From an uncultured Smithella sp. (GTDB taxonomy: Bacteria; Desulfobacterota; Syntrophia; Syntrophales; Smithellaceae), in contig CAZWCA010000009.1 of assembly GCA_964632255.1 (NCBI GenBank), positions 4,394 through 68,393 on the forward strand: a stretch of DNA of 64,000 nt, in the 5' to 3' direction. Below the pieces are notes generated by a model. The model ran no database searches, was not told the origin of the DNA, and was given only the letters and a program-made list of their open reading frames with translations. Made by a program: the position numbers and the translations under genes. Shown here piece after piece: positions 42,559 through 52,191 of this stretch. The first letter of the stretch is position 1. The number at the start of each line of letters is the position of its first letter.

Positions 42559-44049
42559 TTACTTTGTCAGGAACCCCTGGAAGTCAGGGTAAGCTTTTGA
42601 ACCATGCTCACCAAGATCCAGCCCTGAAATTTCCTCTTCACGTGATACTCTCAACCCCGCCACGAGTTTGATGAGATACCAGAATATAAGAGCACCAACT
42701 AATGTAAAAGCACCAACTGCGGCAACGCCGGCAGCCTGGGCACCAAGAAGCTTTAAGCCGCCGCCGAATAAAAGACCGTTACCCGTAGCCGTTCCCGTAA
42801 TCTTGTCAACGGCGAAAAGACCAACCGCCAATGTTCCCCATATGCCATTAACTAAATGAACCGAAAGGGCACCAACGGGATCATCGATTTTAAGTTTGTC
42901 AAAAGTAATAACCGCCAGAACTACAATTACACCGGCAATCAAACCGATTATTGCAGCTGAGCCGACGTTGACAAAGGCGCAGGGAGCGGTAATCGCTACC
43001 AGACCGGCCAGGGCACCGTTGATGATCATGGAAAGGTCGGGTTTTTTCTGCAGAATCCAGGAAGTAGCCGTTGAACTCAGAATCGCCATTGCCGCGGCGG
43101 TGTTGGTTGTTACCGCGATATGCGCAATTGCGCTGCCATCACCTACCCCCATTGTAGAACCGGGGTTAAATCCGAACCAACCGAACCACAAAACAAGTCC
43201 TCCCAGTGTAACAATTGACATATTGTGTCCGAAAATTGGATTAATAGAACCATCAGCACGGTATTTTCCAACACGCGGGCCTAGAAGCAGTACACCAGCC
43301 AGGGCCGCCCATCCGCCGACGGAGTGAACAACGGTGGAACCGGCAAAGTCAAACATCCCCATAGATTGAAGGAAACCGCCACCCCAGATCCAGTGACCGG
43401 TAATGGGATACATAATTCCAACCAATAAGAAGGAGAAGAAGATAAAGGAATGAAATTTAATCCTTTCCGCTACGACTCCCGAAACAATGGTAGCCGCTGT
43501 TCCGGCAAAAACAAGCTGAAAGAAAAATTTAGCCCACAGCGGAACGCCGGTCCAGTTAATTGCTGAATAAACTCCCTTATATGCATCGCCTATAGCCGGA
43601 CTGTTATCAGCCCCTCCGACAAAGAATATTCCTTCAAGACCTGCAAATGGACTGCCGTTTCCAAACATCAGCCCCCAGCCGATTATCCAGAAGGCAGCCG
43701 AGGAAATTGCAAAAACAATGAAATTCTTCGCCAGGATGTTTACTGCGTTTTTAGCACGGCATAATCCCGATTCCACCATAGCAAATCCAAGATTCATAAA
43801 AAAAACAAGAAAAGCCGCGAACAACACCCAGACGGTGTCGATTCCCACCTGCATGGAGCTTTTTAACGTATCTACGGCCTTTTGCGTCACGTCTTTTACT
43901 GTTGCCTCCGTTACGGCTTTGACCGGAGCAACTGCCCCTGCAGCAGCCGGCGCCGATTGTCCCTGAGGTGTTTCCTGTGCAAGAACAATCATACTGGAAA
44001 CAAAAAATAATCCTATAATAACAAACAAAATGGTGATTAGCTTTTTCAT
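42559..44049 (-). CDS. amtB: ammonium transporter
   Basis: 496 aa. Signal peptide, 11-12 TM segments, DFAGSTVVHSVGGWAALAG and HLVNGIWGTLAVGLFA twin-His signatures. Confidence 0.95.
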   Translation of the reverse strand: MKKLITILFVIIGLFFVSSMIVLAQETPQGQSAPAAAGAVAPVKAVTEATVKDVTQKAVDTLKSSMQVGIDTVWVLFAAFLVFFMNLGFAMVESGLCRAKNAVNILAKNFIVFAISSAAFWIIGWGLMFGNGSPFAGLEGIFFVGGADNSPAIGDAYKGVYSAINWTGVPLWAKFFFQLVFAGTAATIVSGVVAERIKFHSFIFFSFLLVGIMYPITGHWIWGGGFLQSMGMFDFAGSTVVHSVGGWAALAGVLLLGPRVGKYRADGSINPIFGHNMSIVTLGGLVLWFGWFGFNPGSTMGVGDGSAIAHIAVTTNTAAAMAILSSTATSWILQKKPDLSMIINGALAGLVAITAPCAFVNVGSAAIIGLIAGVIVVLAVITFDKLKIDDPVGALSVHLVNGIWGTLAVGLFAVDKITGTATGNGLLFGGGLKLLGAQAAGVAAVGAFTLVGALIFWYLIKLVAGLRVSREEEISGLDLGEHGSKAYPDFQGFLTK

Positions 44050-44115
44050 TTACTTCCTCCTGTTATCCTGAGCTGTTTGCGGATTGATGATCTCCGATAA
44101 CGGCCCATCCTTTCC

Positions 44116-44970
44116 TTAGAACGTGATACTGGCCATCAATCCACCGTATAAAAAAGAGCTGTCGCGATCATTAGGAGCTGCTCCACTCAAGCCGAATCCC
44201 TTCATTTCATTCTTGGCATCCGTTGAAAGCGGGAATACATAAGAAACAGTCGGTGTCAGTGTTATATAGGATGTAACTTTGACAGGGAGGCTGACACTTA
44301 TGCTCCCATCGTGAAAATTGCTGAATTTTTTATTTGTCGCCAGAGCATCCCCGTCAAATTCGGGATAAGTGGACTCATCGGTGCTCAGCAGATAGCTTGC
44401 CGTTGCCGCAAGTTTTAGAGATATCATCTTATTGAATTCGAACGCATGGGAAATACCCAGTAGAAAATACCAGTTATGGTAATGATCGATTTCCCGATAA
44501 ACCGTTAATGTCGGTGACAAAATTGTATTCAGGCCCACAGAGGCAAAGATTTCCTGAGAGTCGGGCCTGTCCGCCGCATCAGGATTAAGTGAACTGAGGC
44601 CGTAATATATGTAACCGCCGCCTATATTGAAAAGTCCCAGTGTTTTTGAATAGGAAAGAGTAAAATCCGTTTCGTTCCACGCGCTGCTGTAACTTTTGTC
44701 ATCTGTTCCGCTGTAATAGGGACGCGTATCCATGTTGCCCCATAAATTGGCGGAAAATCCCTTATAACCAACCGTAAAGGAAGGCTGGATTACAATACTG
44801 TTCCTGCTGAGTTCATACCCTCTCCAGATATACTTGCTTAAAACGGCTGCCGTTGCATCTGCCGTTGGTTTTTCCTCCTCGGCAAAGACCGGCGAAACTG
44901 AAGCAGTTAAAAAACACAGAGCCAGAAAACTGACAACTAATAGCACCCTAATCTGCAACCATTTTCTCAT
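44116..44970 (-). CDS. outer-membrane beta-barrel porin (TorF / Gcw_chp-like family)
   Basis: Start taken at MRKWLQIRVLLVVSFLALCFLTASVSPVFA (signal peptide). SKYIWRGYELS...QPSFTVGYKGFSANLWG, alternating beta-strand pattern, terminal F. First gene of the amtB-glnK operon. Confidence 0.75.
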   Translation of the reverse strand: MRKWLQIRVLLVVSFLALCFLTASVSPVFAEEEKPTADATAAVLSKYIWRGYELSRNSIVIQPSFTVGYKGFSANLWGNMDTRPYYSGTDDKSYSSAWNETDFTLSYSKTLGLFNIGGGYIYYGLSSLNPDAADRPDSQEIFASVGLNTILSPTLTVYREIDHYHNWYFLLGISHAFEFNKMISLKLAATASYLLSTDESTYPEFDGDALATNKKFSNFHDGSISVSLPVKVTSYITLTPTVSYVFPLSTDAKNEMKGFGLSGAAPNDRDSSFLYGGLMASITF

Positions 44971-45034
44971 AATGCTTCCTCCTGAACATCTTCTAATTTT
45001 TTTAAACAGTCCCGGTAACTGATGCCCTTTTATT

Positions 45035-45050
45035 TGCGAATGTCGTGCCG
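45035..45050 (-). promoter_or_regulatory. sigma54 -24/-12 promoter upstream of porin-amtB-glnK
   Basis: Minus-strand reading is CGGCACGACATTCGCA, with GG-N10-GC spacing exact. Close to the consensus TGGCACG-N4-TTGCA, ~65 nt upstream of the porin ATG. Confidence 0.7.
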
Positions 45051-45361
45051 CATCCATAACATATTGATATCACAGTATATATGTTCAAAAACAGGACATT
45101 ACATACTTAATAATAAACGATATTGTTATAAAATATTTTATTTTCCTTCCACTTTGTAGGATTGCAGGCTGCATGCATGGCAGTGATCGCTGATGAGGAA
45201 AAAATGATAAGAAAAAAATAAATAAATTTTGATATGGTTATAGAATTTTTTATCCGGTGGTTGAGTTTTTTGATGCCGAAAAAATAGATAAGGGAATTTT
45301 TATTTATTCGGCATGTTCTGGATTTAAGAAATGAGGCCGGTTTCAGATGTCTACTTAATAC

Positions 45362-46909
45362 TTATTTAAAAGAGGCAGGCTCGATGCCGTATTTCACGAT
45401 CCGCAATCCCATAACTCTTTCGGTCATGCCCAATACACGAGCTGCCTTGGCCATATTCCCGCGGCAGCGCTTCAATTCTTCCTCGATGATTTCACGTTCA
45501 AAGGCGGATAGTTTTTCTCTGAAAGTTCCCCCGCGCTTTGCACGTACCGTCATGTTGTTTTTTTGCAGACTATGAGGAAGATGGTTGCAACTAATAGTGC
45601 CGTCCGTACTCAACAGAACTGCTCTTTCAATGTAATTCTCCAGTTCTCTAATATTGCCGGGCCAGTTATAATTTACCAGAAGATCGATTGCCGGCCATGA
45701 TATGCCGGATATTTCCTTCCGCATATCTTTTGAGTATTTTTCAATAAAATGGTTGGCCAGTAACGGAATGTCGGTTTTACGTTCTCTAAGAGGCGGCACG
45801 GCAATAGGAAATATATTTAACCGGTAATATAAATCTTCCCTGAACATACCCTGCGCTACCCGTTCTTCAAGTTTACCGTTTGTGGCCGCAATAATTCGAA
45901 CATCCACTTTGATGGTTTCATTATCGCCTACCCGTTCAAATGCTTTCTCCTGGATGACACGCAGTAATTTTGCCTGAAGCGGTAATGTAAGCTCCCCGAT
46001 CTCGTCAAGAAAGATCGTACCCTGGTCGGCTATTTCAAAACGTCCCTTGCGCAAGGCAATAGCGCCGGTAAAGGCTCCTTTCTCATGCCCGAACAACTCG
46101 CTTTCGATAAGAGAATCAGGCAGGGCCGCACAATTGACCGTTACGAAAGGTTTGTCTGCCCGGTTTGACTGATAATGGATGGCATTGGCCACCCGTTCTT
46201 TACCAACGCCGCTTTCACCCAGCACCAGGACGGTAATATTTGTTCCGCATACTTTATCAATCGCAGTATAAATGCCCTGCATAGCCTTGGAGTTGCCGAT
46301 CATATTTCGCGGAGCATGCCGGATCCTTAATTCGTCGTGGAGGCGATTATTTTCCTCACGCACCATTTCCAGCTCTTCTTCAGCTAATTGCCTCAATCGG
46401 ACTGCCTGAGAAATGCTTGAAGCAATAATGGTCAACAGACGGACATCCTCTTCAAATGAAACATTTTCGTTAAACAGGCGGTCAACGGACAGGGCGCCTA
46501 TTATTTCATTACCGATTCTTATAGGAACACAAATGAAGGCAATTTCGTCCTTATCCAATGTTCTTGAACCTGTTTTGTTCAGGAAAAAGGGATCATGAGA
46601 AATCCTCGGGACAATGGCCGGTTCCCCTGTGTCAATTACCTTACCCGTAATTCCCTCACCCAGACGATATCGCCCCTTCATCAATTCCTCAGGAAGTAAA
46701 CCGTACGCCTCATCAATAAAAATTTCACCGCTGTTGCGATTCAGAATCGTGAGTGTGCCCCGGAGCATATCCATATGCTCGGCCATCATCCGCAGAATCG
46801 GTTTCAATGCCGTTTTCAGATCCAGATTTTCACTTAAATTCCGGCTGATTTCGAAAAGGAGTGTCAATTCTTTTATGGCCCGTAAGGCCTTGTCTTCCGG
46901 TGTAGCCAT
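45362..46909 (-). CDS. nifA: NifA-type sigma54-dependent transcriptional activator (GAF - AAA+ - Fis HTH)
   Basis: 515 aa. GAF domain, GESGVGKE Walker A, intact [23 protein letters not shown]-terminal [29 protein letters not shown]. Confidence 0.85.
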   Translation of the reverse strand: MATPEDKALRAIKELTLLFEISRNLSENLDLKTALKPILRMMAEHMDMLRGTLTILNRNSGEIFIDEAYGLLPEELMKGRYRLGEGITGKVIDTGEPAIVPRISHDPFFLNKTGSRTLDKDEIAFICVPIRIGNEIIGALSVDRLFNENVSFEEDVRLLTIIASSISQAVRLRQLAEEELEMVREENNRLHDELRIRHAPRNMIGNSKAMQGIYTAIDKVCGTNITVLVLGESGVGKERVANAIHYQSNRADKPFVTVNCAALPDSLIESELFGHEKGAFTGAIALRKGRFEIADQGTIFLDEIGELTLPLQAKLLRVIQEKAFERVGDNETIKVDVRIIAATNGKLEERVAQGMFREDLYYRLNIFPIAVPPLRERKTDIPLLANHFIEKYSKDMRKEISGISWPAIDLLVNYNWPGNIRELENYIERAVLLSTDGTISCNHLPHSLQKNNMTVRAKRGGTFREKLSAFEREIIEEELKRCRGNMAKAARVLGMTERVMGLRIVKYGIEPASFK

Positions 46910-46962
46910 AATAACGCTTTCTGTTTAATTATGTTCTCATCCAGCCTTCCTGCTGTCGCTTA

Positions 46963-48360
46963 TCAGTCTTCTTCATGATCCCTGATTTTTAACCGCTGCA
47001 TACTTGGAGGTAAATGATTATGATGAATAACGCCGTCAGTACTTAAAACTACCGCCCTTTCTATATACCCTTTCAATTCCTGTACATTGCCCGGCCACTT
47101 ATAATTAATGAGGGAATCCATCGCCGAATGAGAGATGCTGTTTACTTCTTTGCCGGCTTCCTTTGCATATTGCTCAATAAAGTAGTTAGCCAGTAAAACA
47201 ATATCCTGTCTGCGTTCCCTCAGAGGAGGAACGATGATAGGAAATACATTAAGGTGGTAATACAGATCTTCTCTGAACTTTCCTTTCCGCACCTGACTTT
47301 CCAAGTCGCTGCTTGTTGCCGCAATGATGCGTACATTTGTGCCGCACTGTCTGTTTCCCCCGCATCTTTCAAATTTCCCCTCTTTAAGGACGTGTAACAA
47401 TTTTGCCTGGAGTAATGGTGTAAGAGCTGCAATCTCGTCAAGAAACAAAGTTCCTCCCCTTGCAATATCGAGTCCGCCTCTTCGCCGGCCGCCAGCGCCA
47501 ATGATAGTGCTTTCTTCATGCCCGAACAATTCACTTTCGATGATCGGTTCCGGAAGGTTGCTGCATACAACCTTTATGAAAGCCTGATTTGACCGGCTTG
47601 ACTGGCTATGTATCGCTCTGGCTATTCTTTCTTTCCCGACGCCGCCTTCACCAATAATGAGGACATTTGAATTTGAATCGCTTACTTTATAGATATAGTG
47701 ACAAATATTTTGTATAGCTTTGGAATCGCCGATAATTGCATCCGTTCTATTCCGCGCGTATAGTTCACTTTTAAGATTTTTTATTTCTTCGAGAAGTCTC
47801 TCATGTTCCTCTTCCGCCGCTTCCCGCAATTGAACCGCCTGAGCAATAATTAATGCGATTGACTTTAAAATTCTAATGTCTTCCTCAATGGGGACGGAAT
47901 TATCGAATATCCGGTCAACGGCGAGCGCACCTGTAATCTTTCCGCGGGTTTTTATGGGCACGCAGATACATGCCGCTTCATCCTTAACAACAAGACGTCT
48001 GGATATGTTTTTATCAAGGGAAAGCAGCCTTTCCGATACGGTCAGCATAACTGCGGGATGCATTGTATAAATAACCTTGCTTACTATTCCCCGGTCTGCC
48101 TGATACCCCATCTGCATGCCGATGCCATCAGAAAAGCCGTGTCTTTCCTCGATAATGATATCGTGTGAACTCTTTTTCAAGAGTATTATTGTACCGCGTT
48201 TCATCTCCGTGTACTCTGCGATAATAGGCAATATCAACTTGGATATTTTCCTGAGATCGATGGTCTCATTCAGTCTGCTGCTTATATTGAAAAGCAGTGC
48301 AAGCTCTTTTACTTGACATGAAGCCATCGTCTCTGCATTTGTGTTATAAATTTTACTCAT
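46963..48360 (-). CDS. NifA-like GAF-AAA+ protein lacking the DNA-binding HTH and with a degenerate GAFTGA loop
   Basis: 465 aa, colinear with nifA through GAF and AAA+ (GEGGVGKE, RIIAATS, WPGNVQEL). It reads [17 protein letters not shown] where GAFTGA should be, and ends ...LPPSMQRLKIRDHEED with no HTH. Confidence 0.85.
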   Translation of the reverse strand: MSKIYNTNAETMASCQVKELALLFNISSRLNETIDLRKISKLILPIIAEYTEMKRGTIILLKKSSHDIIIEERHGFSDGIGMQMGYQADRGIVSKVIYTMHPAVMLTVSERLLSLDKNISRRLVVKDEAACICVPIKTRGKITGALAVDRIFDNSVPIEEDIRILKSIALIIAQAVQLREAAEEEHERLLEEIKNLKSELYARNRTDAIIGDSKAIQNICHYIYKVSDSNSNVLIIGEGGVGKERIARAIHSQSSRSNQAFIKVVCSNLPEPIIESELFGHEESTIIGAGGRRRGGLDIARGGTLFLDEIAALTPLLQAKLLHVLKEGKFERCGGNRQCGTNVRIIAATSSDLESQVRKGKFREDLYYHLNVFPIIVPPLRERRQDIVLLANYFIEQYAKEAGKEVNSISHSAMDSLINYKWPGNVQELKGYIERAVVLSTDGVIHHNHLPPSMQRLKIRDHEED

Positions 48361-48568
48361 ACGCCAATCTCAAACCAGCAATCAGTAGATTCAGCGGCCG
48401 AAAATATTTCTATTTAAATATAAACCATGGCAAAACTTTTCTAATCTTTGCTGATGCACATTAGTAGTGTACCATTATTTATTATGAATTTTTTTCTCCA
48501 AATTATTAAAATTATAAATTCCTTCATCCTGTACATGAGCTGTTTCAACCCTGTCGTAAATAATTAGG

Positions 48569-48583
48569 GCAAACTGCGTGCCA
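48569..48583 (-). promoter_or_regulatory. sigma54 -24/-12 promoter upstream of the two nifA-like genes
   Basis: Minus-strand reading is TGGCACGCAGTTTGC, a perfect match to TGGCACG-N4-TTGC, ~210 nt upstream of the 48360 start. Confidence 0.75.
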
Positions 48584-48881
48584 TTGTTGTAACTATTTGT
48601 AAATACGTGGTTTATATCGGAATTGAACTGCTAATAGTCGGCCCTATACGACACATATTTGTATCATGCCACCGTATGGTAGGAATTAATTGCAGGTTTT
48701 TATGGCGGTAACGTTAATTGGAGTATTTCTTCAACATAACCGTCTTTCTCTCCCATGAAAAAAAGAGGGGTCGCGTCTAAAGGAGCTAAGGAGACGTAGT
48801 TGATTCATGATTCCTGAGAAGCAGCGCCTTTCTGTAACGATCACATTTAATACCGTACGTAATTCCGGGTAGAGAAGAGAA

Positions 48882-50243
48882 CTATTGTCTGTAATAGCGA
48901 TCTCTCATGATCTTCCGGTGCATGCCAAACTTCTTGGCAAGTAAGGTATTACTAATGTCGTCCAGTAATTTCAACGAACCATTATAACCGGTATAAACAA
49001 GCCGTTGTCCGCCAAAACGATCATTTATCGGAAAACCGATTCGGACAGGGGGTATCCCGTACTTTTCCGTAATCTGTTTGCCGGTGGAATTGCCGATGAT
49101 TAAATTCACCTCTTTTTCCAGGGCATGCTTCTCAATGGTCTCAAAATCCGTATCATCCAGGATCAGTGCTTGGGCACAAGAACAAGCAAGCTTACCACTA
49201 AGTTCCATTTTTAAGAGGGCACTCTGGGAACCGGTGCTGATAATAGAAGGTTCGATTCCGTTCTCAAAACATATACAGCTGATGGAATATACGATGTCGG
49301 GTTCGCCATATATCAAGGCTTTAATGCCGCCATTCAATTTGTGGGCATCAATCATTCCATCCACCAACCGGCCGCGATCCTCAATTATCTTATTAGGGAT
49401 TGATTTTTGCGAAAGATCGGAGAGGGTCACCATAAAACGGTCTGTATTGTCGATCCCGATGGGAATGGGGCACCGGTAACAGGGAACACCATATTCGTGT
49501 TCCAGGAATTGCCCCGGTGAGATGTTATCCGGAATGGTTACCCCAATTTCCAATGATGCTCTGGATGTTGCCATCATCTGGATATCCCTGTATCGAGTTC
49601 CTCCGACAGGGATACGGTTGAATTCACGAGAGAAGGGAGCATCAAAAGTATAGGAGATATCCGGCAGCATAATATAATTGATTCCGAAGGATTCCAGAAT
49701 TTCTTTGATATTCCTTACATCACCCGGACATACGTGCGGCATAATGACATTTACCCTCTGGTGTCGAATTCCAGGTTTCGTAGTTTGCCGGACAATGTCA
49801 AGCAAGGTTGTGTAATATCCCTCGTGCAGGGTTCCGCCATAGCCCGGAGTATTTGTTGTTATAATGTGGATTCCTGTTGTATCGTTTTCTGATTCGAACT
49901 CCTTTATGATCCTATTGAGGTCTTCGCCAATGGTCTCAGCCAGACACGTTGTGGAAACTCCAATAATTTGGGGATTATAAATCCGGATGAGATTTTTTAA
50001 ACCTTTCTTCAGGTTATTTGCACCACCGTGGATGGTGGCATTCTCATGCAGAGACGATGATGCAATATCGAACGGCTCTGAATAATGCGTAGTGATATGC
50101 GTGCGTATATATGCGCTGCACCCTTGTGAACCGTGGAGCATCATCATGCTGTTCTCTATGCCGTGGAAAGCGATGGCGGCGCCCATAGGCATGCACATTT
50201 TGCACGGATTGATATTCAAGTTCTCGAAATTTCTTTTTTTCAA
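48882..50243 (-). CDS. nifN: nitrogenase FeMo-cofactor biosynthesis scaffold NifN
   Basis: NINPCKMCMPMGAAIAFHGIENSMMMLHGSQGCSAYIR...STTCLAETIGEDL (component-1 fold, beta-like). Probable TTG start at 50243 overlapping the nifE stop (TTGA), 8 nt after GGAGGTG. The track ORF extends to a GTG at 50285. Confidence 0.85.
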   Translation of the reverse strand: MKKRNFENLNINPCKMCMPMGAAIAFHGIENSMMMLHGSQGCSAYIRTHITTHYSEPFDIASSSLHENATIHGGANNLKKGLKNLIRIYNPQIIGVSTTCLAETIGEDLNRIIKEFESENDTTGIHIITTNTPGYGGTLHEGYYTTLLDIVRQTTKPGIRHQRVNVIMPHVCPGDVRNIKEILESFGINYIMLPDISYTFDAPFSREFNRIPVGGTRYRDIQMMATSRASLEIGVTIPDNISPGQFLEHEYGVPCYRCPIPIGIDNTDRFMVTLSDLSQKSIPNKIIEDRGRLVDGMIDAHKLNGGIKALIYGEPDIVYSISCICFENGIEPSIISTGSQSALLKMELSGKLACSCAQALILDDTDFETIEKHALEKEVNLIIGNSTGKQITEKYGIPPVRIGFPINDRFGGQRLVYTGYNGSLKLLDDISNTLLAKKFGMHRKIMRDRYYRQ

Positions 50244-51673
50244 CTTGTCAACACCTCCTTCATTTCCGGAAATCCAATCGTGCACAGCTCATGCGATGAT
50301 ACGACATCTTCCCTTGTCCATTTCCAAACAGGACTGTTGGAGGTGAGATGCATTTCTTTGGCGAAATTAATCATCCCTTCGTAGGTTGTAAGAGGATGTT
50401 TGCGGTCGTGGTTAAAATCCACAAATGGAATTCCCATCTTTAAAGAGAGAGCCCGTTCCTTGACATTGCCGATGAGAATGTCAGGCTTCATTTTTTTCAT
50501 ATACTTCTCGAGTTCCGCAGGCGAGGTATCGTTCAAGATGACAGCGCCTTCTGTTGCAAATCCATGTATTATCCGGTAGTCCTCAGCATTGCCATGCTGG
50601 GTTCCGATGATAATGGTTTTAATATCAAATTCCTTGAGAAGCCTGATAATCGCGATAGCTTTGTATGTGCCGCCGACACAAACAGCAGCCCTCTTGCCTC
50701 TCAATTTCATTTTGTAACTCTCAATAACCGGTTTGACTGCTTTTTCCTCCTCATCCGCCAGGCTTAACGACTTTTCAACCAGTTCGCTGCCGCCGATTAT
50801 TCCGGAAATCTGTATCAGGGAATTTCTGATATCTTCAAAACCGATAAACCGGACCTTTATGGAGGGGATATTGAACTTTTCCTCCATCTGTTTAGAGAGG
50901 TATGCCATGGAGCCAGAACATTCCACGATGTTGAGGCTTGCGCTGGGTGCCTTCATTATCTGATCGTACGTGGAATCACCCGTTATCTTTGAAATGACTT
51001 TGATGCCGATCCTCCGGAGGTATTCCTCAATGATCCAGATTTCACCGCCATGGTTGTAGTCCCCAAGGATGTTTACGCCGGGCTTTTTTTCCTGTCTTTC
51101 GTCACCCATGAGTTCCAGCAGGGCACTGCATGCAAGCCTGTACCCCAGAGGCTTCGCCCCGGTAAATCCGCTGGATTTCACCGGTATGATGCGGACTATG
51201 TGCTTGTGCTCCATTCGCTTGCATACTGATTCGATGTCATCACCGATCACGCCGACAACGCAGGTCGCGTATACGAAAATGAGACGGGGTCTTGGCTTGT
51301 AGTTTTCCATGATTTCTTCGATCGCTGCGAGCAGCTTTCTTTCTCCGCCAAATATGATGTCCTGCTCCCGGAGGTCAGTGGAAAAGCTGTTCCTGTATAA
51401 ATCGGCATTACTGCTCAAACTTCCCCTTAAATCCCACGTATAGCTCGCACACCCGATAGGACCGTGAACAAGATGGACCGCGTCCGTGATGGGATTCAAT
51501 ACAACTCTTGCGCCACAGTAAACACAGGCCCGCTGACTTATGGAACCGGCGATACTTTCCTTTTCGCATCTGATTTGTCCTCCGCTGCAACCGGAAGATT
51601 TAAACATTATATGAGCCTTTCGTTCTTCAAGGACATCCTTGAAATCCGTAAAGGCATTCTTTTCTCCTTTCAT
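50240..51673 (-). CDS. nifE: nitrogenase FeMo-cofactor biosynthesis scaffold NifE
   Basis: Start at MKGEKN (ATG 51673, GGAGGT 5 nt upstream). RACVYCGARVVLNPITDAVHLVHGPIGCASYTWDLRG and YATCVVGVIGDDI resemble NifE/NifD-fold cluster sites. Confidence 0.88.
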   Translation of the reverse strand: MKGEKNAFTDFKDVLEERKAHIMFKSSGCSGGQIRCEKESIAGSISQRACVYCGARVVLNPITDAVHLVHGPIGCASYTWDLRGSLSSNADLYRNSFSTDLREQDIIFGGERKLLAAIEEIMENYKPRPRLIFVYATCVVGVIGDDIESVCKRMEHKHIVRIIPVKSSGFTGAKPLGYRLACSALLELMGDERQEKKPGVNILGDYNHGGEIWIIEEYLRRIGIKVISKITGDSTYDQIMKAPSASLNIVECSGSMAYLSKQMEEKFNIPSIKVRFIGFEDIRNSLIQISGIIGGSELVEKSLSLADEEEKAVKPVIESYKMKLRGKRAAVCVGGTYKAIAIIRLLKEFDIKTIIIGTQHGNAEDYRIIHGFATEGAVILNDTSPAELEKYMKKMKPDILIGNVKERALSLKMGIPFVDFNHDRKHPLTTYEGMINFAKEMHLTSNSPVWKWTREDVVSSHELCTIGFPEMKEVLTS

Positions 51674-51710
51674 AATACCTCCATTGCAGCCTGTATAGGG
51701 ACTGAATATT

Positions 51711-52127
51711 TCAATTTGATGGCCCCTCAAACATGAAATCGTGTTTGAGAATACGTTTCAGCCAGAGAGGCTTCTTGCCTTTAAACAGTCCCTGTAGTTT
51801 GAAGATTGCTGCTTCAATCGATTCAACTGCATTCATTTCTATAGGGTACACGCCCGATGCAATCACACGGTCTGCGATGGGACCGCCGATGGCTGAAACA
51901 AAGATGACATCGCTTTCCCTTATGGCGTCAATTCTCTCGTCAATGGAAAAAGGCTTTCTATGCACAGGCCTTATTGCGAGATCATCGGAGCCGCCTTGCG
52001 GGGAGAAGCTTGCTGCATGATTGAACTTACAAGTTTCTTCAGTAATATCGTAGAACATAAAGTAACGGCATAAGGCAAAATGCCCGTTCAGGTTCTCTCT
52101 ATCATTGGTCGCAAATACAACTCTCAT
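51711..52127 (-). CDS. nifX: NifX/NafY-family FeMo-cofactor-binding protein
   Basis: 138 aa. MRVVFATNDRENLNGHFALCRYFMFYDI..., IGGPIADRVIASGVYPIEM and KPLWLKRI parallel the NifX pattern (..AFAS.D...V..HFG....F.IY., GV.PIK., P.WL.K). Confidence 0.8.
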   Translation of the reverse strand: MRVVFATNDRENLNGHFALCRYFMFYDITEETCKFNHAASFSPQGGSDDLAIRPVHRKPFSIDERIDAIRESDVIFVSAIGGPIADRVIASGVYPIEMNAVESIEAAIFKLQGLFKGKKPLWLKRILKHDFMFEGPSN

Positions 52128-52191
52128 TTACGCTCTCCTTCTTCATAATTAGATTTTTTATACTCTCATATGTTGGTTTACGTATTTTCGC

